From Puccinia triticina (taxonomy: Eukaryota), in contig CP110439.1 of the NCBI GenBank assembly GCA_026914245.1, positions 4,526,001-4,590,000 of the forward strand: DNA of 64,000 nt. Direction: 5' to 3'. Positions within the stretch are counted from its first letter, which is position 1. Every line of letters begins with the position of its first letter. The notes below the pieces were generated by a model. It saw only the letters and a list, made by a program, of their open reading frames with translations. It was not told the origin of the DNA and ran no database searches. Positions 28,164 through 39,277 of the stretch are shown here, piece by piece. The translations under genes and the position numbers were made by a program.

Positions 28164-29635
28164 ATGAAATGTGATAGTGTCTTCTTTGCAGCATTTCTCC
28201 ACCCAGCCTGGCAACTGATTCTTTTCACCAAAAGCTTTGAAACTCACCTTTATCATAACCTCATCCAGGAAGTCTTTGATGCTTGCAAAAAAGAACTGAA
28301 ACTATCCCAGATCCCCCAACGCTGGGCCGCTACGCTAAACTATGCTATTTTAGCCCTAAAGTTTAGTGTAGCGGCAAAAAGCACCAGCCTTTTTTGAATG
28401 AATAGCGTTAGCGCGCTGTTTGCGCCGCTACGCTGCGCTAGAAGTACACCAATTTTTGTTTAGCGTTAGCGCTCCGCTACAGCCGCTATGCTACGCTGTG
28501 TTGCGCTAAGGCGCTTTTAGCGGAAAAAAACGCCTTTTTTGCCGCGAAAATCGCTGTAGCGCAGCGTAGCGCGCGCTCTTTTGCGCCCTGCGTGCTTAGC
28601 GTTAGCGCAATTGCGCGCATCTGCGCTAACGCTACGCTAAAAGCTAAAATAGCCTTGTACCCTGTGCGCGTAGCGTTAGCGCAGATGCATGCAATTGTGC
28701 TAAAGCTACGCTAAAAAATAGTGCATTTGCGCTGTGCTACGCTACACTAACAGCTATGGTTAGCTTAGCTGACCCACTGTTGCCCCCCCCCCCCAAGCAC
28801 CCCAAGCTCAATCAAAGGATGGCCCCAATTTAGAATCAGAGTCAGATGCTGACTTGGATGGCAAAGACTACAAATTCTACCCAACCAACTTAGAAATACC
28901 TGAGATGAACATGAAACTGAGTCATTACAACAAGGGAAGCTTCCCCTTGGACAGGAAATGGAAGGTGCTAGAGTAGATTGGTGAAAGGTGAATCATCTTT
29001 ATTTTGATAAATCCGTGCTATTTCATTTCTTACTATTCTCTTTTTCAGTTACACTGCAAGGAATCCCCAGTCCAAGGATTACCCTGCCTGTGAAACCAGC
29101 TTGGCCACAGTCAAATTTGTATTCTCAGCTGTACTGGCAATGGTGAAACAACTGCGCTGCAAACAGCGCAGAAAAGCGGTCAGCTCAGCGGTTTTTGGGA
29201 GGGATGCGCTGCGCTGAAAATCAGTGGGACAAGCGCTGCACTAACCACTGATTATTTTCACCGGAAAAACCTGTAGATTTCAGCGCCGCTAAATGAGCAG
29301 TCAATCAGCGGTCAACCACTGCGCTGACGCTGGTTTCAGCGGAAAACCGCTGACAACAGCAGCAGTGCAGCGGAAAAACCGCTGAATGACCTCTGACCAC
29401 TTTTTCAGAATCTGCACACTGATTTCGCAGGGCCCCAACATGGTCATAAGGACCAGGTCAGGTGAGGTCCAATGGGCGGTGGACGGGTGGTGGGGAGGTT
29501 GATTGGGTGAATGAAACTGTGCAGTTAACGTGCTGGAAGCGCCTCTGTCACTGCAGTCAATTTATGCGGGTCAGGGAGGTTGTGTCTGGCAATTCAAACA
29601 ATTGAACAGTGTGTTAGAAGCCTCATGTGGCTCTG
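28164..29635 (+). pseudogene. hAT transposase C-terminal relic interrupted by MITEs
   Basis: Fragments FFAAFLHPAWQL, DYPACETSLATVKFVFSA and CLAIQTIEQCVRSLMWL resemble the hAT dimerisation region. Confidence 0.55.
28317..28782. mobile_element. CAAC-end MITE rich in gctacgcta motifs; cargo-free relative of the 33247-40170 element
   Basis: Ends caacgctgggcc / gacccactgttg; internal sequence similar to 33247-33496 and 40008-40170. Confidence 0.7.
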
Positions 29636-30982
29636 GGGTGGGGCTAGGTTGACAGGAGAATTCCAAGACTGTCTGTCAGGTTGTTATTGGGGCTGCTGAA
29701 AAGAGCTCAAAACTTAACCCAAAAAAGTAATCTGTTCTCTTATTTTTGGCATCTTTGTCTGGTTTGTCTCCTCCTTCAGGACATTGTTCATGACATTGTA
29801 GAGTTTTTGCGCTGAAGTAGTGCGCTAAAAATGCAAGAAATTTTCCCCCCAATCCAATTAGCTGAAGCACAGTGGCTTCAGCGCCATAAATTAGCGCAGT
29901 GCAGCACACCCAAAACCCTCTGCGCTGAGCTTTTTGCAGCAGCAGCGCTTCACCCTTGCTTGTACATCTAGTTAGGTCATTGGTATGTGTGTGTATTAGA
30001 GCAAACATGGGTTCCAGTCTTGAGTTGCCATCCTTGTGTTTTAGCAACCCAGGTTTGCCTCCCCAGGTGGAGATGCTGAGTCAAAAGTCCCTCCTTTGGA
30101 GGCTTGCCCTTTGCGCCAGCCCAGGCTGCACCAGGGCCCTCCAAAGCGAGGGACTTGTGTTAAGTTGGGATCAGTTCATGTCAGCCTTAGAGATACATCA
30201 AGTATCCAAAAGACTGCAATAACTTAGTAAATAATAATAATTATTAAATTATTATTGCAGAATCAGATTCCTCATCATAAATTAAGGGGGGTCACCCACT
30301 TAAAGTACCCCCTTATTCCTATTCCTTCATGTACTAATTGTATAAATAAGAATTGGCCACAGAAAGCGCCCAAAAATAGTATTACATACAAAAATTTAGT
30401 AAAACAATTAAAGTAAATAAAAATAAACTGTTGTACAATAATGAGTAATATTACTCGTGTAAAAATACCCCGTGAAAGTATTATGTAGACTTCTAATGAA
30501 GCTCTTTCACATGACAATTGGTTATAAACATGTCATGTGACTGAGTCAGGGAAATTAGTCTATTACAATACAATTAAAATACCCACAGCCAAGCCCTTTT
30601 CACGGCTACACCCATGGATACTCCCATAGGGAGAAAAGGACTCAGTGTTTACGCCCACTGAAGTCCCCTCTATAAATAGAGGCCTATTTGGCCCTCAGGA
30701 AAAGATTCCCCAGACCATTCACCGCCATTAAACTGTAAGTTTGCCGTGAATATTCTCCTCTGCTACTACTGTAGCCCCTTTTCCCTTTAAACCATCCCCA
30801 GCACGTAAAATCCACTGGATTAAACCTTTAAATATCAAAAATCCCTTATTAGCATATTTACAAGCGTTATCCTTAAAAGTAGTTGCCGTAAGACCCCCGC
30901 CTCTGACAAGCAGCCAATCAGCTTAAGCGCTTACCACCTACTTTTTACGCCAAATTTATTCCCTGTAATTAATAATTATATA

Positions 30983-33043
30983 CGGACTTACTTCGCGCAC
31001 TGCGGAAAACTCTTCGCGCACTGTGGGGGTCGTCGTCTCGACGTCCCGCCCCCAGTGCGCGCTTTCGCCACGGCTCTTCGCGCACTGTGCATTCCCCCGA
31101 AAAAACGGCTTGCATTTCTTGAGATATTTTTTGACGAATCAATGGAATGACTTTTTATGATCCCCCTAAAAAATAATCAAGTCATTTAGGGGTCTCCTTG
31201 AGCCTAGAGAAAATTGACATGAAAAAATCATATTTTAACGCGGCAGGGACCTGTAATATTGCTTCCTGTGCCCCAGTAGCCCCAAAAATTTCACAGTATC
31301 ATGTTACATGTGCAAATTCATGATCTGATAATTTTCAGAATTTTTCCCAGAGATATAAGGGGTGCGCGGCAGGCTTAGTAGGAAAATTACTGCTAACCGT
31401 ATAGCTTTTTTGTTACACACCCAAACAGTCCCAAAATTTCAGAAATGTTTTAATTGTGGATAATCTCCGCGCCATAAATTTCTTGGCAATAGTGTGTCAT
31501 GATAACATGAGATATAAGGGGTGCGCGGCGGGCTTAGTAGGAAAATTACTGCTAACAGTATAGCTTTTTTTGTTACACACCCAAAGATTCCCAAAATTTC
31601 AGAAATGTTTTCATTGTGGATATTCTCCGCGCCATAAATTTTTTGGCAATATTGTGTCATGATAACATGAGATATAAGGGGTGCGCGGCAGGCTTAGTAG
31701 GAAAATGGCTGCTAACAGTATAGCTTTTTTGTTACACACCCAAAGAGTCCCAAAATTTCAGAAATGTTTTCATTGTAGATACTCTCCGCGCCATAAATTT
31801 CTTGGCAATAGTTTGTCATGATAACATGAGATATAAGGGGTGCGCGGCGGGCTTAGTAGGAAAATGGCTGCTACAGGTATAGATTATTTGTTACAAGCTG
31901 AAACAGTCTGAAATTTTCATGAATGTTTCAATTTTGCATATTCTCTGCGCCATAAAGCTCTTAGCAATATTGTGTCATTAAAACATGAGATAAGTTAGCA
32001 GTCATTTTCCTACTAAGCCCGCCGCGCACCCCTTATATCTCATGTTATCATGACAAACTATTGCCAATAAATTTATGGCGCGGAGAATATCCACAATGAA
32101 AACATTTCTGAAATTTTGGGACTGTTTGGGTGTGTAACAAAAAAGCTATACTGTTAGCAGTAATTTTCCTACTAAGCCCGCCGCGCACCCCTTATATCTC
32201 ATATTATCATGACACACTATTGCCAAAAAATTTATGGCGCTGAGAGTATTCACAATAAAAACATTTCTGAAATTTTGGGACTCTTTGGGTGTGTAACAAA
32301 AAAGCTATACTGTTAGCAGTAATTTTCCTACTAAGCCCGCCACGCACCCCTTATATCTCATGTTATCATGAAACACTATTGCCAAGAAATTTATGGCGCG
32401 GAGAGTATCTACAATGAAAACATTTCTGAAATTTTGGGACTCTTTGGGTGTGTAACAAAAAAGCTATACTGTTAGCAGTAACTTTCCTACTAAGCCTGCC
32501 GCGCACCCCTTATATCTCATGTTATCATGATACACTATTGCCAAGAAATTTATGGCGCGGAGAATATCCACAATGAAAACATTTCTGAAATTTTGGGACT
32601 CTTTGGGTGTGTAACAAAAAAGCTATACTGTTAGCAGTAATTTTCCTACTAAGCCTGCCGGCACCCCTTATATCTCGGGGAAAAATTCTGAAAATTATCA
32701 GATCATGAATTTGCACATTTACCATGATACTGTAAAATTTTTGGGGCTACTGGGGCACAGGAAGCAATATTACAGGCCCCTGCCACATTAAAATATGATT
32801 ATTTCATCTCAATTTTCTCTAGGCTCAAGGAGACCACCAAATGACTTGATTATTTTTTGGGGGGGTCATCAAAGGTCGTTCTATCGACTCATCAAAAAAT
32901 ATCTCCAGAAAAGTAAGCCGTTTTTTTGGGGGAATGCACAGTGCGCGAAGAGCCGTGGCGGAAGCGCGCACTGGGGGCGGGACGTCAAGACGACGACCCC
33001 CACAGTGCGCGAAGAGTTTTCCGCAGTGCGCGAAGTAAGTCCG
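30983..33043. mobile_element. Foldback element with head-to-head arrays of ~160-bp repeats
   Basis: TIRs cggacttacttcgcgcactg / cagtgcgcgaagtaagtccg; 8-bp TSD attatata; about 4 units per arm, inverting near 31995. Confidence 0.9.
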
Positions 33044-33798
33044 ATTATATATTATTAATTACATAATAAATCCTCCTCTTTTTAAAGAGTGTTTAAAACC
33101 CTTGTAGTGGCCAAATTACCACGTAACAAGTTTAGTAATTTACATTACTAGTGTTTACATCAGCACAGTTATAGTGCTAGGGCCCAAAACCCTTAATTTT
33201 GACGGGTTTTTGCCCTAAGCTTCATAAACAGAGCTGTCAGTTCAAGCAACAGTGGGCCAGCTATGCTAAACGTAGCTTTAGCGTGGCATAGCGCAGCGGA
33301 ATTCCGCTAACTTTTAGCGTAGCGTTAGCGGAATTGCGTCATCTCTGCGCTAATGCTGCGCGCACAGGGTGCGCAGCTAATTTAGCTGTTAGTGTAGCGT
33401 TAGCGCAGATGCAAGCAATTGCGCTAATGCTACACACAGAGGGCGCCAAAGAGCGCGCGCTACGCTGTGCTATAGCGCTTTTAGCGGAAAAAAAGGAATG
33501 CAAGCTGAGATAGTAGGCTACAAGTCTGTCTACTCAGGTTTTTTTTAAACAAAATACCAAAAACAGTTTGGAAAGAAATAGGTGTTTTTTACCAGAAAAT
33601 CCCAAGTCTGTAGGGCCAGTACATGAGATGTAAGCCTCTCCGAGGTGTTAAGCTTGGGAACTTAACCTGGGGGGGCTTGAACCAAGTTGAAAAAAGGCTG
33701 TATTTTTTTTGGTACCCGTTCATCCGGGTGTATGTACTCCAATTGGCGCGCACCCGGCAGGAGTGTCCATTCCGGGGGTTACGATGTCAGATTGGTTT

Positions 33799-36156
33799 GG
33801 GGCAGGCTTTAGGCACGCCAAAAATTTACTAGATGCACGCCAAAAAGGCGTGAACCTCCAACCACTCCAATATTTTTGGAGTGGAAGGTGGTTCACTCCA
33901 AAACCAGACCTTTTTTGGAGTGCACATCCCTACACTCCATGCTGGTTGGGAGTGAACAACCGGGCAATCCCTTTTTGTTACTATTTTCTCCATGGCCGGC
34001 AGAGGCCGGCCAACAAAGGCACTTCCCTCGATGGCCGGTCTGCGGCCATCAAGGTCAGTACATATTTACTGCCACACATATACAAGGCTCTTGATGACTG
34101 GTTGGTCCCAGTCATTGAGAGCCTTGTATATGTGTGGCGGTAAATATGTACTGACCTCGATGGCCGCAGACCGGCCATCGAGGGAAGTGCCTTTGTTTGA
34201 TGGCCGGCCTCCGTGGGCCTTGGAGAATAGTAACAAAAGGGGCAGGCTTTAGGCACACCAAAAAATTCCCATATGCACGCCAAAAAAGGCGTGCACTCCT
34301 GACCACTCCAAGATTTTTGGAGTGCAGGATGGTTCACTCCAAAAACAGCCCCCATTTGGAGTGCACAACCCTGCACTCCAGGTGGTATGGAGTGAACACC
34401 CCGCCACGCCAAAACCAGCCCTCCTCCCCTCGATGGCCGGTCTGCGGCGGCTACACATGTCCCTCTCAATGACCGGGACGGACCGGTCCTCGAGAGGACA
34501 CACCCCTCTCGATGACCGGGACCGACCAGTCATTGAGAGGACACACCCCTCTCAATAACCGGCACAGACCGGTCAACAAGAGGACACAACCCCTCTCAAT
34601 GACCGGGACGGACCGGTCATCGAGAGGACACACCCCTCTCGATGAACGGGACCGACCAGTCATCAAGAGGACAAACAGACCCCTCTTGATGACCGGGACG
34701 GACCGGTCATCGAGAGGACACACCCCTCTTGATGACCGGGACGGAGCGGTCATCGAGAGGACACACCCCTCTCGATGACCGGCACAGACCGGTCATCAAG
34801 AGGACACAACCCCTCTCAATGACCGGGACAAAGCGGTCATCAAGAGGACAAACACACCCTTCTTGATGACCGGGACGGACCGGTCATCGAGAGGACGCTG
34901 GTCATCAAGAGGACACAACCCCTCTTGATGACCGGGAAAGTCCGGCCTTTGAGAGGACAAACCCCTCTCGATGACCGGGAAAGACCGGCCATCAAGAGGA
35001 CAAACCCCCCCTCAATGACCGGGACAGACCGGACCGGTTACAAGGGATACAGCTCTCGATGACCGGTCGGTCCCGGTCATCAAGAGGGGTTGTGTCCTCT
35101 CAATGACCGGTCCGTCCCGGTCATCAAGAGGGGTGTGTTTGTCCTCTTGATGACTGGTTGGTCCCGGTCATCAAGAGGGGTTGTGTCCTCTCAATGACCG
35201 GTCTGTGCCGGTCATCAAGAGGGGTGTGTCCTCTTGATGACCGGTCTGTCCCTATCAGCGGTGGGTTACTCGGGGGAAGATGGGAATCCACTCGATGGAA
35301 GTTTACTGGAATAATCCGGTGGCTCCGAGTTGTAGATGGGGTTGAATCTGATCCAAAGAGTTTACATCCAGCCGATGATAAGTTTTGAGACAGTCAGGCT
35401 TGAGTTTCCGGACAGTGATTTGTTGATATGAGGGAAACTGGCTATTTGAAGTAGTGATGTGTTGATGTATCTTCAAATAAAGAGGAATGAATAAAAGATG
35501 TTTATTATGTTCTTCTCTTCTGAAAGTCCAGGGAACAATAGAGTTCGAGGAGTACAACTTATGTATCAGGCTTCTTGAGTTTGACTAGATACAAGCATAC
35601 ATAAGCTATGTCAATAATAAAATCAAAGAGTGTGAAATGTGAAGAAACAAGTGAAATGAGTGTGAAACTAGTCATAATTGCAGACGGTATAGCAAAACAG
35701 AAAGTTGGCAAGTTAAGGGTAACTTGGTTTTGCTTGCCGGCTGACAGTCCCGGTCATTGAGAGGGACATGTGTAGCCGCCGCAGACCGGCCATTGAGGTT
35801 TGGCGTGGCGGGGTGTTCACTCCATACCACCTGGAGTGCAGGGTTGTGCACTCCAAATGGGGGCTGGTTTTGGAGTGAACCATGTTGCACTCCAAAAATC
35901 TTGGAGTGGTCAGGAGTGCACACCTTTTTTGGCGTGCATCTGGGAATTTTTTGGCGTGCCTAAAGCCTGCCCCTAACAAAAAGGGAGTGCCCAGTTGCTC
36001 ACTCACAACCAGCATGGAGTGTAGGGATGTGCACTCCAAAAAAGGTCTGGTTTTGGAGTGAACCACCTCCCACTCCAAAAATATTGGAGTGGTTGGAGGT
36101 TCACGCCTTTTTTGGCGTGCATCTAGTAAATTTTTGGCGTGCCTAAAGCCTGCCCC
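33799..36156. mobile_element. Non-autonomous TIR element (hAT- or Mutator-like) with long TIRs
   Basis: TIRs ggggcaggctttaggcacgccaaaaatttactagatgcacgcc at both ends; 8-bp TSD attggttt. Confidence 0.85.
34430..35250. repeat. Tandem array of ~41-bp hairpin units
   Basis: Roughly 18-20 units of cctctcgatgaccgg-N5-ccggtcatcgagagg-acacacc; orientation flips near 35050. Confidence 0.9.
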
Positions 36157-36547
36157 ATTGGTTTCAATCTGCAAACCTGTCCACCCAAACCAGCCAAGGC
36201 CAGCCCGAACTTAGCACAAGTCCCTCGCCTGCCAGGGGGCACAGCGCGAAGCGCCTTGCACAAAGTGCGACCTCCCGTCAGGGAGGGACTTGCATGGAAT
36301 CCCTGATTCCTGGCTTGAGAGCCCCGCTTACAGCTCTTAGTTTTTGCAGGTAACCAACTTTGTGCCCCCAAAAACCCCACTTCCCAAAAGAACTGAGCCC
36401 CGCCCCGGATACCAAAGAAAGGCCTGCTTCTCCTCTTTAATGTGGCGGCAGTCACAGGCTGATAGCCCTTGGTCCATGGCCTGGAGAGAAGTTTGAAAAA
36501 GGCCTCTTTTTGAGACGCATTCCTGCTGATGTAAGCAAGAATGCAGT

Positions 36548-39277
36548 TGTAAACCCCCCTCCTCCTCTGGGGTTCACAAGGTGTCACCAATGGAAACCTG
36601 CCCTGTCACAGCCTTGTAGATAGCCCGGCCCCATTCCTTCCCTGGCTCAGTAGAGAACTGACACTCATTCTCTCTGAGCCAGGTAAGCTCTTTTCCCTCT
36701 CTCTTGTTTTTTCCCCTCTTCTCTCAGTTCAGTAGAGAACTGACACTCATTCTCTCTGAGCCAGTGCAATCCAAAGCACCCCCTGTTTGGTCCTAGAACG
36801 TTTCCTCTGCACCTGTTCCACCGCGCATCCGCCATCCGCTCCAGTGAAGGGACACAACCCTTACACTTTTTTTTTCTACCTTCCAAACTCCTTTCCCCTT
36901 TTCCGACTGCCTGAGAAATCTTCTGCCCGCCCAAAATCGCTCATACGCCCGCCCAATAATCCTTTTGCCCGCCCAAAAACGCCTGTTCTTCCTTGATTAC
37001 CGCCTGCTTCAATTTTTCTAGCCCGTTTCGCCCGCCCCCCGCCCGTCCCGCCCAAACCCAATTTTTTCTTTTATCTGAGCATCTTCAACCCTTAAAGGGG
37101 CCCGTGGATGTCAACTCGTCGGAATTCCAACGTCGAGAATCTCCTCCCTCTCTCGGATCCTGAAGCCATCCTCCGATCCGGTAACGCCGAGCGCAGACGG
37201 CTGGCCCAGCTCCTCACCACATCTTCCAGCCGCCCCAACCCTCAACAACCAATAGAGATGTCGGATACAACCCCTACCGCTGGAGGCCCAGAGCATTCCG
37301 CCGAGTTGACCCAAACAACCGAGGCCGCTGATCTAACCACCGCGAAAGATTGGTTTAAGCAAGTACTGAAGCTTCAGCACGCCTCAGTCAAGCAGGCTAA
37401 GCTGACCGACGAGCTGATCTACAAGCATTCCAAGCCGCTATCAAGGCCAACGCGGCCCGCACCAACCAACTCAAGGAGATCATAGTTGGCATGCATGCAA
37501 AAACCGACCGGCTCAAGGAGATCATTGTTGGTATGCATGTAAAAGCCGAGCCCTCCAACCACCCGGGCCGACCAGCGACTGAGGGTGTAGATCTACAACG
37601 ATTCCGGACTTCAGATGGGCCCTTGTTTGTTGGCCCGTTTCTTGTTGCCAAGCCGTTCCTCACCTGGATCCACGGAGTTGAGATATTCTTTGAGACCAAA
37701 GCGGTCACCATTTCCTTGGACGAGGTTCGAATCGTTGGCAACCTTATTGCCGAAACTAACTTGAAATTGTTCTACAGGAACAAAGCCTCCTGTTATCTGA
37801 CCAAGTCTTGGTCTGAATTCAAAGCTCGGATGTTCAAGTTTGCGCTTCCGCTCAACTGGCGAGCGGAGCTGAAGAAAAAAATCAGGCAAATTGAAATGGG
37901 GCCGGCCGAGTCGTTCCAGACCTACAGTACCAGGGCTCGTACGCTCCAGAGCTTGTTCAACTTCGACGCCACAGAAGTCACCGCTCTATTGGATGCTGAT
38001 TTGGCTCAATTCGTCGTCTATGGACTCCCCAAGGCATTGCAACACCGGGTCGCCAAACGCCAACTTCTGGATGCCACTCTGTTTGTCTACGGGGCGTTTG
38101 AGCAAGCAGTAAATGCATCGGCACTAGCCCTGGGTCAATCCACACTCCAACTCAATCCTGGCCGGCAGGTACCAACAACCAATGTGCAATCAGCGCGCGA
38201 GGACTTCATTTGGCAAATTCACTTGTACCTCGACTTGCAAGGACAATGCCATTTCTGCAAGAAGGCTTGCGGCAACATTCCGGGGTCCTGCCCGGGGCCA
38301 GTTGAAAAACGCTATGTTGACGTCCCAGCCGATTTCATCACACCCCCAAGACCGGCTAACGACATTGCTCCCAAGGCGCGTGGACCCGCCCAACCAGCCC
38401 CCAGCAGACCTGTCAACCCGCCGGCGGGCCGACCACCAACCCAAGCAGCCACTGTAGCGGCGATCCAAGAGTACAACATAGCAAACGCCGCCGCGATGAC
38501 CTTGGTAGACAAAGCTATTGCGGAGGACGCGCTGGATGGCCCCGCGGACAACATCTATCCCCCAGACCTCCACGTTTCATTGGTGGAGGACTATGAAGAC
38601 CTGGAAGCCTACTGACACTCAATTGAGGCTGTAGAGTATGTCCCCCCGCCGCCAGCTATCCTCTCGTCACCCCCGCCCTTACCCTCGCGTCCCCGCACAT
38701 CTGTAGTGAGTTCGCGGAACCGTCCTTCGACCCAGACGGAGTGGCGGACCTCATTGCCGCTTCTGAAGTCCCACACAGGGGCCCCAAGTCTCATTCCCCC
38801 CTTGTTGGGTGGCTTACCAATCCCGCCTCAGTTCCTTCCACCCCCCCCTACCACCAACTTCTGGAGTGCCCCACCTAACTCTTTTGTACCCTATGCCCCC
38901 ATTCCCTTGCCTTATTCCTTTCTCCCTTGTTCTTTCTTCTCTTTTATAGGAGGGGAGACTGTAAATCCCCCTCCTCCTCTGGGGTTCACAAGGTGTCACC
39001 AATGGACACCTGCCCTGTCACAGCCTTGTAGATAGCCCGGCCCCATTCCTTCCCTGGCTCAGTAGAGAACTGACACTCATTCTCTCTGAGCCAGGTAAGC
39101 TCTTTTCCCTCTCTCTTGTTGTTTCCCCTCTTCTCTCAGTTCAGTAGAGAACTGACACTCATTCTCTCTGAGTCAGTGCAATCTAAAGCTCCCCCTGTTT
39201 GGTCCTAGAACGTTTCCTCTGCGCCTGTTCCACCGCGCATCCGCCATCTGCTCCAGTGAAGGGACACAACCCTTACA
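36548..39277 (+). mobile_element. Non-autonomous gag-only LTR retrotransposon (Gypsy-like)
   Basis: Near-identical 318-bp LTRs (36548-36865, 38960-39277), TG...CA, 5-bp TSD gcagt, PPT aggaggggagac; no pol. Confidence 0.92.
37108..38615 (+). pseudogene. Retrotransposon gag with a frameshift near 37400
   Basis: MSTRRNSNVENLLPLSDPEAILR start, capsid-like SWSEFKARM...ESFQTYSTRARTLQ, and a Cys cluster CHFCKKACG. Confidence 0.8.

Noticed and set aside
34430..35250. CRISPR-like array of palindromic repeats
   Set aside because: No unique spacers, no cas genes, eukaryotic context, and it lies inside a TIR element.
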